Assembly: GCA_002269645.1 (NCBI GenBank)
Contig: NIVC01003167.1
Coordinates: 51,645 to 115,644 of the forward strand
Source: Macrostomum lignano
Lineage: Eukaryota
Direction of reading: 5' to 3'
DNA: 64,000 bases
Positions 52,479 to 63,547 of the stretch are shown here, piece by piece. Positions within the stretch are counted from its first letter, which is position 1, and every line of letters begins with the position of its first letter. Both the position numbers and the translations under genes were made by a program. The notes beneath the pieces are model-generated. The model saw nothing but the letters and a program-made list of their open reading frames with translations. It made no database searches and was not told the DNA's origin.

Positions 52479-55400
52479 ATGCCAAAAGCTAATCCAGCAA
52501 GAGATTTAGTCAACAAATATTTTTCAAAAGGCGTCTCATTTCAAGACAAAAGTAATTTACTAAGAGAAGCATGCAAACAAAAGTTCAACACCGACCCTGG
52601 TCACCTGGGAAGCTATGAAAAACAGTTAGAAATCATCAATCAATTAGAATCAAACCAGTATGCGCCTATAAAAAATTCTGCAAAGGAACACCAAGAGAGG
52701 AGTCGCAACTTAGTTAACAAATACGAAACTCTCACTGGTGAAAAAGCAAGTACCCACAAAATAAGCAGGAACAAGAGAAATTAGAGCAATTAATCCATTT
52801 AAAAGAGTCGGAGCTTGCCATTGAAGAGATTAATTTTGCACAGAGGAAGTTTACAGAACATTACATAGAGTACACAATCCCAATAAACGGCACCAACGGT
52901 ACCACCGCAAACATCTACGACTATAAAGACAGCATCCAATCAGTTGTTGATCACACACTCAAAACACGCAAGACCTTTAAACTACAGATATCATTCAAGA
53001 TTGCATTTTATATGCCTGCAAAACCTACTGAGCATCTCGAGTATTACATGACAACAAAGGCAAAGCCATTCACCCCTACAGACACACTGGATCCTTTCCT
53101 TCAAGATGTCAATAAGAAAATTGAAGCGTTTACATCCAGAGGTTCCGGATGGGTCGTGGGAGGGATTCAAAGAGCGACTGTCATGGTCATGAAATATGAC
53201 CCACTTAAAGCCTCCTCTTATATAGAGCTCCCGCATAAGCTAGCCGGTAAAAAAGCTTGCATAAATGTTAAAAATAAAGACAATTGCTGTGCTCTATGGG
53301 CAGTTCTTTCTGCACTTCTTCATGATAGTGTCCCTCACCACCCCGAAAGAACCTCAAATTATCAAAATTATTTCAACTACTATCTCATCGAATGCGAAAA
53401 GAAGGGAATCTGGTTTGACAAAGGAGGCTTGGCGATCTCTCATATCCCAAAGCTAGAAGAAGTGTTTAATAACAAAATTAGAATCACAGTCTTTGAGTGG
53501 AGTGAAAAAACTGAGAAAGTTCAACCGGTCAGATGTAGCAAAGACGTTTTAGATCCTGAGGGGAAAAGGCGGACTGAAGTGGATCTTCTAGTGATTGGTA
53601 ATTTACTAGAGGAGGCTCACTATGTTTGGATTAAAGATCTTTCAAGACTCATTCACAAGCAGTTGAATAATCATCACGAGGCTGTTGCCATCTGCCGCTT
53701 GTGCCTTAAGCATTACAGTGGACCTGAACGCTTTGAAAAGCTAACAGAGCATGAATTATCATGCGAGGATCACCCGACAAATTGCTCTCTTCCTTCAGCT
53801 GAAGAGAAGTATCTCCGGTTTAAGAACTATCACAAGATGGAGAAGCTCCCATTTGTTGTATATGCTGATTTCGAATGCTCAATCATGCCGGAAACTCAAA
53901 AACAAACTCCAACTCAAAAACAAACTCCAACTCAAAAACAAACTCAAACTCAAAAACATATCCCCAATTCAGTAGCATATGCCTTTATTACTACCAAAGG
54001 ACTTGTTGAGTATAATTATTTCTTTGGAGAGCAGTGTGTGGAGCAGTTTATTGCCAGAATGTTAGAGTTGCAAAGAGTGATTAGCACCCTTCAACCTGTT
54101 CCAATAAGTATGTCTGAGGAGGATGAAATTAATTTCCTATCAGCAACTCATTGCCACATCTGCAGGAAACATTTAACTTGCACTAATATTAAAAACCCCA
54201 CCGTTAGGGACCACTGCCACTATACTGGGAAATTTAGAGGTGCAGCGCATAACACCTGTAATCTAAAGCTAAAATCGAACATTCATGATCTAACAATATT
54301 TTGTCACAACGCAAAGAACTATGACATGCATTTAATAGTTGAAAAAATCGGCATGATTCCAGACATACACCTTGATTGCATCGCAGAGAACAAGGAGAAG
54401 TTTAAGTGTGTTGATATTAAACAGGATAATTCGGGTAAAGGTGAAGGTTCGGGTACAGGTAAAATAAGACTGAAGGATTCATATCAATTTCTAGCTGCCA
54501 GTCTAGACGAACTAAGCAAGAATCTAAAAGATGAACAATGTACATATACAAAGATGTTTGCAAGTAAAATTAACAACAGTGATGAATCATTTAAACTCCT
54601 GAGAACCAAAGGCTTCTACCCCTATGAGAATATTACTGGATATCACGTATTTGAAGATGGTTTACCACCACAGGAGAAGTTCTTTTCAAAGCTAACAGAC
54701 TCTGGAATCTCTGACAAAGACTATGAGCACGCGAAGCATGTCTATAATTACTTTAATTGTCAAAACTTCTTCCAGTATCACCTGCTTTACCTCTACACAG
54801 ATGTGTTTCTGCTGGCCGATGTGTTTGAAACCTTCAGATACACCTGGTACACAGCATACGGCCTCGATCCAGCACATTATGTGTCTCTGCCTGCCACTAG
54901 CTGGGAATCTTTGCTTAAAATGAAATGGGATCAAGATCCAGATTGGTACATTGAACTTCTTACAGACATTGACATGTACAATTTTGTCGAATCGTCAAAG
55001 CGAGGGGGAATCTCAATTTGTGTTAACAGGTATGCAAAAGCAAACAATCCCTACATTGAATCTTACAATAAGGAGCAGCCCTCAAACTACATTACTTACT
55101 TGGACGCTAATAATCTCTACGGGTGGGCGATGAGTCAAGATCTTCCAGTTAGAGATTTTCGATGGCTACCCTCATCAGAATTTAAATGGGACTTTTCATT
55201 GGCTGCCATTTATGAGGTTGATGTTTACATTCCACCAGAGCTTCACGACTATTTCTCTGACTTTCCACCCTTCCCAGAGAACATCAAGTGCCCGAAAATA
55301 ATCGAAACTCCCAATGATAATAATGGAACTTGGCACCTGTCAGGAACAGAAAAAGAACATACAGAGAAACTAACACAGAATCTAAACAACAAACACGTTA

Positions 55401-56381
55401 CAAAATCCATTACAAACTGCTTCAATATTTTATCTCACTTGGTTGCAGGGTCACCAAAGTTCACAGGGCTCTTACATTTACAGAGGAAGCGTGGATGAAA
55501 CCCTACATTGATAAGAACACCCAGTTTAGGACCAAAGCAACCAACGACTTTGACAAGAACCTCTTTAAGTTGGCCAACAACTCTGTCTATGGCAAGACTC
55601 TTGAGAATGAGCGGAAAAGAACAAACCTGAAACTTGTTACCTCATCAGAGCCTGATGTTATTCAGGCAAATATGTCAAAGCCAACATTCAAAGAACTCCA
55701 TATCTTTAATAGCTACTTAGGTGTGATCATATTTTACAAAACCAAGGTGACGCTGCGCAAGCCGATCTATACAGGTGTCACTGTTCTCGACGAATCAAAA
55801 CGTCTGATGTACCAGTTCTTCTATGGCATGAAGCAGCAGTACAAGGATAAAATGAAACTCTTGTACACTGACACAGACAGTTTTATTATGGACATTCAAA
55901 CAGAAGACATTTATCAGGACATGCTGCAGCAAAAAGATTGTTTGACTTGTCTGAGTATGACGAATCTTGCAGGACGCTGAATGGTGATCAAGTGTTTGAC
56001 GCCACTAACAAGAAAGTGATTGGGAAAATGAAGGACGAGATTGCTGGTGATATAATCACTGAATTCATTGGGTTGAGAGCAAAGTCCTATTTTATAAAAT
56101 GTGAGTCGTCAGACCCAATTAAAAAATCAAAGGGAATTCCGAAACGTGTGGTTAGGAAGGAAATTAATGAAGCTGAATACAGAGACGCCTTGAATTGCAA
56201 CAAAAAGACATCACATGAGTTCTCAAAGCTACAATCTAAAAACCATATTATTCACACAATTCAGCAAAAGAAGATTGGACTGTCAGGTGCAGATAACAAG
56301 AGATTCATTTTTGATGACAATATCAACAGTCTACCGTTCGGGCACTGGAGGTTAGGTTTAGGAGGTGGATATTGGGTTTAG
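52479..56381 (+). CDS. polB: Protein-primed family B DNA polymerase, with 3 apparent 1-nt frameshifts
   Basis: Exonuclease YADFEC and HNAKNYD, EndoVII-like CHIC...RDHCH..G..RG..H..CNL, YLDANNLYGWAM, KLANNSVYGK, YTDTDS. Frame switches at about 52750, 55330-55498 and 55938-55980. Confidence 0.95.
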
Positions 56382-56414
56382 GTTTGAGAGAAAGTTTAAT
56401 AAACCTCATAAAAA

Positions 56415-56814
56415 ATGACAACAAATAACTTTCTTGAAGATTTGGCTAACGAACTGGAAATCCCAAACTTTAGAGGAATATTTATGAGGGACACTCTGCC
56501 TGATTTTCCTCTAAGAAAGAATGCGGCATCATGAACTTTGACACACCGATAAGCCAGGATCTCATTGGGTTTGCTGGGTGATTGATCCCGATCGCAAGCA
56601 CAAGTGTTATTACTTCGATAGCTATGGGACGGCAGTACCAGAAGAGCTAAGAAATTATATGAAGGGAAAAAATAATAAAAAAATTTATCGCTCAGACTTT
56701 ATTCTCCAAGGTCTTAGCAGTGATATTTGCGGTGAGCTGTGCATGACTGTTTTGTATGCAATGACCAAAACACGAAAGACCTACAAGGAAATTATTCTTG
56801 GCTGTGTTTCATAG
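56415..56814 (+). CDS. pro: Adenain-like cysteine protease (frameshifted near 56520-56560)
   Basis: NFRGIFMRDTLP, GSHW (His), YFDSYG (Asp), Q...ICGELC (Gln/Cys). Confidence 0.9.
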
Positions 56815-56818
56815 GGGT

Positions 56819-57543
56819 TCATTGTGGTGTATTTCTCGTTGTCCTTCTTGCCGAATTTCTTGCCGACTTTCTTTCCACATAATGTTGAAGAACTTTCTCG
56901 AGTTCATTTCTCAGCTGACTCATGTCATCAGTACCGACCATGTTCAAGTTCATTCGAATTGATTGTTCATAAAGATCCTGAATGGTTTTGAACTCATCCT
57001 CTGAAATGAACTTATCCTCGATTGCCCTTGAAATGTACCCTATGATTGATGTGTGCACCCCTTTCTCTTTTACTTGCTTCTCCTGTAGCTGCTTTAGTTT
57101 TTTTCGCCTGTTTCGCGCTAATGCTCCAGTAATTGCTGAAATAAGTCCACATGCAGCACCCACTGACCAGTGGATTGCGATTGGGGCTGTGATGGCTGGC
57201 AACGTGAGACAGCTGCAGCAGATCCAGATAGAACAGACACAGATCCTAGAATCATATTGCTGTAGTCGAAAAATTTACAGTGGTTGTCATAGCGCTTAAT
57301 TTTCTTTGTGTTGTGGAAAATATTTTTTTCAAGATCATCTCGCATTTTTTGAATCTCTACCAGTCGAAACTGTTGAGAGTTACAAGTAATGACGGGGTAC
57401 AGTTTTTGTTGCTCATATTGGGGTGCATTCAGATTCGGTGCCAGGCTTTGTGTGTTCGAATTCGGTGCCATTGGGTTTGGTGCTGTCGGTATTTTAGGTT
57501 CAACGTATTGAGACTGATCGTATAGAGAATTTTGTTGGGCCAT
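56819..57543 (-). CDS. Conserved Polinton membrane/coiled-coil protein (one frameshift at about 57200)
   Basis: QQFRLVEI...FDYSN, a two-helix hydrophobic segment, then ISRAIEDKFISEDEF; this pattern is recalled from other Mavericks. Confidence 0.65.
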
Positions 57544-57635
57544 TTTTTTCTCTAGAAAAAATAAAAAAAATTATAAAACTATCCGGTTGAAAGATCTGTT
57601 TTCCTTTTGATAATTCCATCTGCACCGCCGGTTGT

Positions 57636-58444
57636 CTAGGCGGCTCTCGTGACGCCGGAGGATCGCGAGTCCAGCAGGCAGCGGCTGGGCGGCTGACGTT
57701 TGAGAGCGTGCCGGATTACTCCGGCGGGGTCCAGAGCTCCTTCTACTCGATCTGTAGACATGACCGGACGAGCAGTAGATTCTGCTTCATCAATAGCAAT
57801 ATCACGAAGATTGAGTGTTCTCTCCAGACGATTAAGCCTCCTTATTATTTTACCCCAAGAGCTATACATTCCGTTTAGATAGCTACTGTGTGATACATCG
57901 TTTCTCTCTAATGCATCAAGTCTTTCTTTAATTCTATCATGCAACGCTGTTGACTGGTTCATGAACTCTTCTAAATTATTGACTTTAACTGTGTTGGTTG
58001 CGACGTTTTCTTTAATTCTATCATGCAATGCTGTTGACTGGTTCATGAACTCTTCTAAATTATTCACTTTAGCTGTGTTTGTGAAAACTCCTCCTTCAAG
58101 AATACGCATCCGTCTATCAATGGAATTTCCCAGAAGATTAACTGTCGATCTCAAGCCGTTGATTAGCGAGACTATCGAAGTTATTTCTGACGTTAGTTCA
58201 TTAGTTGCGTTTAACAACGGCACATAAAGCTTATCACTTTCAAACTTCTGCCTAGCTACTTTAAGCCTGAGATCTTCATGTTTATCTGTATGGAGCGCTC
58301 TAATTGTTTCAGTCTGTTTTTATTCAGTTTGATCTCTGGGATCTTTTCGTCGCTGTTGATATATCGCCTGTCAAGTATGGATATTTGAGCTGATGTAAGA
58401 GCGCTGTTGCCAGAAATGGATTCACCTGCAAAGTTTATTGACAT
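57636..58444 (-). CDS. Coiled-coil, possibly fibre-like viral protein (frameshift at about 58290)
   Basis: ORFs 58256-58444 and 57636-58223 are joined by a 1-nt shift; internal 84-bp (28-aa) duplication. Confidence 0.5.
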
Positions 58445-58460
58445 CTTTTAATAGCAAATT

Positions 58461-59261
58461 TTAAATTACAGTTCTTTTTTCTTTGCTGATAATCACAAAC
58501 TGGTAAGGCTGATTCCACTTGTCATAGCAAAGATTAACGAATTCCTCTTGTGAAATCTTTCTGCTTGAGTTTTTTGTTGGATTTATGAAATAGGCAGGCG
58601 CAATGACCTCATTGTAAAATCTTTTTAACCTGTCCTGTGGAATGGTTGGAAACAGGAGAATCAGATTGCAGTTCCCACGAATTGTTTTGTTCGGGAGCTC
58701 GAACCAGTTCTGTGCAATGTAAATTACATTACAATTGTTATGTCGCCCTCTTGTAAAATAGTTTTCTATCTGCTTCTGTGGGCCTGTCATACAATCATCA
58801 AAGACGATCAAATGCTTTCTCCCCTTTTCTAGCTCATCTGGTTGGGGTAGAAGTTTGGTCTTTGGATCAGCCTGTGGATCTCCATAGGTGAACACTTTAA
58901 TGTTCTGCCATTTTTCATTGTCTTTGAGGTGCTTTGCATATTCGGCAGCTACAATTTCAGGGTTACTGGGAAGGCTCATTTGGTTATTAAAACATGCAAT
59001 AATGTCCTCTTTGTTCAGCTTGTTTTGAAGCCCTGCAATCAGCATTCTATACTCATCTTGATACAGTGTGGGAGAGTAGATGTGCAGAGTGTCATAGTCG
59101 ATAAATCCAGGTCTAAGAAGCATGTTAAAGACTCTGAATGTTTTACCTGAACCTGACGAACCAACAACAATGCATCTGAAGTGACTCGGGATTGACTCAT
59201 GATGAGAAAACTTAATCTGATTACGCGTCCAGTGAGGATTGAAGTCGTTTGAAAAGTCCAT
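58461..59261 (-). CDS. A32-like (FtsK/HerA) genome-packaging ATPase
   Basis: Walker A GSSGSGKT, Walker B LIVFDD, FTRGRHNNCNVIYIAQ motif; intact. Confidence 0.95.
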   Translation of the reverse strand: MDFSNDFNPHWTRNQIKFSHHESIPSHFRCIVVGSSGSGKTFRVFNMLLRPGFIDYDTLHIYSPTLYQDEYRMLIAGLQNKLNKEDIIACFNNQMSLPSNPEIVAAEYAKHLKDNEKWQNIKVFTYGDPQADPKTKLLPQPDELEKGRKHLIVFDDCMTGPQKQIENYFTRGRHNNCNVIYIAQNWFELPNKTIRGNCNLILLFPTIPQDRLKRFYNEVIAPAYFINPTKNSSRKISQEEFVNLCYDKWNQPYQFVIISKEKRTVI

Positions 59262-59303
59262 TTTTTCTATGATGAAAAAAAAAATAATTAAATAATAAAT
59301 AAT

Positions 59304-59482
59304 TTAGATGTGTCATTTCGGGACTTAGATGTGTCATTTTGGGACTTAGATGTGTCATTTTGGGACTTAGATGTGTCATTTTGGGACTTATTGGGACTTA
59401 GATGTGTCATTTTGGTACTTAATTGTGTCATTTTGGGACTTAGGTATGTCATTTTGGGACTTAGGTATGTCATTTTGGGACT
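59304..59482. repeat. 21-bp tandem array inside the virus
   Basis: ttagatgtgtcattttgggac x ~8 plus a partial copy, upstream of the ATPase. Confidence 0.92.
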
Positions 59483-59524
59483 AGTCTTGTACCTTTACAT
59501 TTCTTGTACCCTCGGAAAGTACCT

Positions 59525-59903
59525 TTAGTCAAATTTGAAACCACTTCCTTTTTTAATGCTTGCTCTCATCTTCTCATAGACTGCAGGGTCCACACTGTCT
59601 GGGTTTGGGGCCAGCGGGGCCAGTGGAGGCTGAATCTCTTGTTTAGGTGTTACAGTATCCTTTATCTTTTTGGCTGCTGTGGCTACACTGCCAGCCGCTT
59701 CGGCAACGTTCTTGATGTTCTCTTTGTTCTCTCCAATGACCTTAAAAATCTTGGCCCCCTGAGCGATCAAATCGGCAAGACCGTTCCCTGAGCGTTCTTT
59801 TCTTGGATAGTGGCCTGCAGGGAAAAGTCCAGATCCGCGTTTAATGAGATTAAGTTCCTCTTTGTCATAGTATTTTCCACGTCTTTCTCAAAATAATCGG
59901 CAT
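59525..59903 (-). CDS. Small viral protein with repeated GxG protease-site-like motifs (frameshift at about 59870)
   Basis: YDKEELNLIKRGSG|LF...RSGNG|LADLIAQG...KKGSG|FKFD*. Confidence 0.55.
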
Positions 59904-59924
59904 CTTTTTAAATAGAAATTTATT

Positions 59925-61128
59925 TTTTGTTAAACCGTGAAAGCAAAGTTCTCTTGCTCTTTTATCGATATATTTTCTCTCAAGCATTTTGTCCAGGATG
60001 TTGACAAATTCTTTTCTATTCTCGTCTTTCATTCCGGTCTTTGCCGCTCCTAGAAGAACAGCTAACCGCTTGTAGAATTCAGGCATGCCTTTTCCGGAAG
60101 AGCTTGGAGGTGATTCGAATGATTGGTCAGAGGAGGAACTGTCATGTGGCGCTTGTCTTTGTTGAGGTGTGAATACTCTGTCATTGATTCGCTTCATTCG
60201 TTCTGGGGAGAGCCGCTCTAATTGTCGCCAAGTATCAGGGTTTGTATCTTTGTACTGGGAAATCTCATTTGGCCCTGCTTTTTCAAGCGCTTCTAGTACT
60301 TGTTCGGGTGTGATTTGTTGCTGTGGCGGTGGAGGTTGTTGTGGTTGTGTTTGTGGTTGCTGCTGTTGTGGTTGTTGTAGTTGTTGTTTTGGTTGCTGCT
60401 GTTTGTGGTTGCTGCTGTTGTGGCTGTGGTTGTTGTGGTTGTTGTCTTATGACCTCTTCTTGATCCGGCAAACCAAACCATTGTTTAAAGTATTTGTATT
60501 TTCTAAACCTGTTCAAGTCAATCCTGTTTTCATGTAAAACTTTCAAAACACCGTTGTTCTTGAGAATGTCTATGTCCCTCTCTAAAGCGAAGGTAACCAG
60601 ATCTCTATAATTCTTTAATTGCTTCTCGGATATTTTTTCCTGATTTTTAGTCATGTAGTCGAGTAAACTTTGAGTGAAGGGGATTCGTTTAGTTTCTGCG
60701 CCTTTATTGATTGAAATAGTTTCCTTCGTCACTTCAATGTTGTAATCCGCCGGTTCCCCGGTGATATTTTTTCGCCAGGCGCTAATTCCAAATATATATT
60801 TTCCATCATCCGTTACGGGGCCAAAAAAGTTATCCGTCACTTTCATCTGCACTGGTTGTCCTGGTTGCTGAGCCTGTGGTTGTCCCGGTGAAGATGGGAT
60901 TTTACCCAATGTGTTTTGCAACTGGCTCTCTTGAATATCATCAATTGTTTCCTTCACAGTGTCGATGTTTTTCTTCGCTTCTGTGTATCCAGGTTTGTGA
61001 AATTCGGTGGCTGCTTGGACGAATTCATTGTAAGATTGTTGTTCTTTGTTGATTAGTCCGGTAACTCGTTTCTCTGCTTGCGCCAGCTTTTCTAGTTCAG
61101 AGATATGATATGAACTTTTCCGCTTCAT
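59925..61128 (-). CDS. Polinton core-like protein with Q/T-rich linker (frameshifted)
   Basis: ORF 60283-61128 continues through frameshifts into SGKG|MPEFYKRLAVLLGAAKTG...EFVNILDKML, a C-terminal pattern recalled from Polinton ORFs. Confidence 0.6.
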
Positions 61129-61158
61129 TTCTTATTTTATTTTATTTTTAGTTAAAAA

Positions 61159-62383
61159 ATGAACGACCCACTGACACCAGTTTTCTACAAAATTAACAAG
61201 CCTATTTTGAGTGATGATAGCACAATCAAAGCGACACAAGTTAGAGTTCCGAGTCACGAGAACCAGAATGAAACTAATCTTGGTCCTGGTCAAACACTGA
61301 CATTTACATACAATGGATGTTCGTCTCTGGTTAGTGTGCACAGTCTTAAGAGCGGCTTCCATATGACATTTCAATTCAAGACAAAGGGTGGTGCGGATGC
61401 GGCTCGTGCTAACGTTGACAAGCATGATGCGGATGTGGCTCTGATCAGTAACTTTTGGGCGTACATGTTCAAGGAGTTTAGTGTATCGAATGGGAGCACA
61501 GAGTTGGAGCGAATCGCCAACTTTGGAATTGTCTATGACGCTCATTGTTTGATCGAGAATCCTGATTTTATTCAATTGGGAAGTGGTGCGGGTTTTATTG
61601 CAGACGAAAAAGAAGGAGATATCAATGACAGTGGCTATAAAAATAGGAAGAAGAGATACAACTATGCATTGCAAGGTGCTGATGATGCTGCTAAGAACCC
61701 GCAGTATCGGTCTGTTGATGTATTTGTACCATTGAGATTCATGAGTGGATTCTGTAATACATTTAATCGACTGACTAGTAACTTTAGCTACACATTTAGG
61801 ATGACTAGAGATGATCGCAGTAGAGTGTTGTGGACTGGGGCGGACCACACAAGGATGGAGGTGAAGCTAACCGGAATCGAGCTGTATTTGGAAGTCATTG
61901 AGCCAAAGACTGCACTAAAAGCGGATTATCTTAAGGCAATAGAGAAGGACATTGATGTTGCATACACAGCCTACATGTGTCGAGATGAGCGAAACGAAAC
62001 TAGAACAAACATCTGCATTAAAGAGGGATCATGCAGCAATCCAAGGTATATCATTATTAATATGAGAAACCCAAATAGCATCATACGCTACATGCATGGA
62101 GACGTGCGGTCCATTCAGCATGAAATCAGTGATAATCTTTACCCTGCACTGCCACAAAATGGAGATTTTTTACAGCGAGTTGGTCGACTTGGTTGTGAAA
62201 GAGAACAATGGAATTGCTATCACTGCTCTTCAATATGGAACTCTATATCCGATGTTTGGCGCTGATGTGTCTGCCAGACAAATGCCTACTGATAACAGCC
62301 CTGTGAATATCGTGACTAACATTGAAAGGACTACCGCAACACCCGTGGACCTGTACATTATCTATGCATTGAGAGGAAGGTGA
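61159..62383 (+). CDS. Major capsid protein (double jelly-roll/hexon-like), frameshift at about 62170-62200
   Basis: NFWAYMFKEFSVSNGSTELERI, VFVPLRFMSGF, IELYLEVIEP, NPRYIII, LYP...DF and PMFGADVSARQ match Maverick MCP blocks. Confidence 0.85.
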
Positions 62384-62441
62384 AGCTTAACATGATCAAC
62401 AATTCATCCAGTAAAGTTTAAATATTTTTTTGTGAAAAAAA

Positions 62442-63304
62442 ATGGAAGCGATTGCTGAAAGACTAAATAATATTGTTTCTCACTCTAAGGAGAGCATTCC
62501 TATTACAATAACTGGGCGAATTAATGACTCAAACGGGATTTATTTGTTGAAAAATTAGAGCAGGCGATTCGCCTGGATCCAGGTGCTAATTACCATGTCT
62601 ATCTTAACGACTTCACTGGTTGGTCAAACGTTCCTAATGTGATGGCAGCAAATAATAAGTTTTATTACAAATGGAAAGGTGCAGCAGCAGACCCTGTGGT
62701 ATTTCATGTGAGCACGCAAAGTGTGGATACCTACAATAACTTTCTAGAAAACGTCTTTACTAAGAGAGGCCATTTTGAGACACCTGATGCGAGTAAGCCA
62801 GAGAAGAAACTGTTCCCTGTCAAACTAACCTATGATCTCACTGTAATGAGAGTGGTCATGCAAGTTCACAAAAAATGCGGAGGTTGAGTTTAAAGATGAC
62901 ACTTGGTATAGGGAAGGATTCGAGAAGAAAGTTTATAAGGCAGAATCCGCAGCGCGGACCGCCACTCAAGCATCGGGGACTGTTAGAATGGTCCGGGAAA
63001 GTGTAACGCGTTTGTTCTTAGCACCCAATATTGCAGACATTGTAAAGGGTTTGAATATTCTAATCAGAAGCAATCTCAGTCTTGATTGGGTATTTAAGGG
63101 AAAGCGAACGAATATTTTGTACAACATCTCCAACTCTGTTGCTGGAGGACAGATGGTGGTAGAGAAACCAAATCCAGTGAAAAGAGTTGTATTGAGTAAT
63201 AAGAGATTCACGAGATTGTGCTACAGTTTGAGACTGAAGATGGGATGGGCGTTGATTTTAATGGGGAAGAGTTTGTATTGACGTTGATCATTGAAAGAAT
63301 GTAA
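62442..63304 (+). CDS. Minor capsid protein (penton-like single jelly-roll), several frameshifts
   Basis: AIRLDPGANYHVYLNDFTGWSNVPNV...NNKFYY; C-terminal VAGGQMVVEKPNP...EDGMGVDFNGEEFVLTLIIERM*. Confidence 0.8.
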
Positions 63305-63308
63305 GAAA

Positions 63309-63547
63309 TCACAATTGTCTAATGATTTCTACAAAGTTATAGTAGCTGTCGTAATCTTTTACATAGGTTACTCCATACTTATGAAACCAGTGTCTTTGGA
63401 GAGCTAGATTAATATTAGGGACATTGATATCAACGTCGGGCCAATATTTTCTCATGTACTCGCTGCATTCTAGTTTGCATCGGTACTTACCTTGATAATT
63501 AGCTCGTGCGCTTTGTAATAAGAACCTGGAGAGACAACTGGAAACAT
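63309..63547 (-). CDS. Small Tyr-rich gene at the right end (about 79 aa), N-terminal part within the TIR
   Basis: Reconstructed with the left TIR copy as MFPVVSPGSYYKAHEPNYKSKYRC...LQRHWFHKYGVTYVKDYDSYYNFVEIIRQL*; net -1 indel versus the left copy; stop is 4 nt from the minor capsid stop. Confidence 0.6.
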
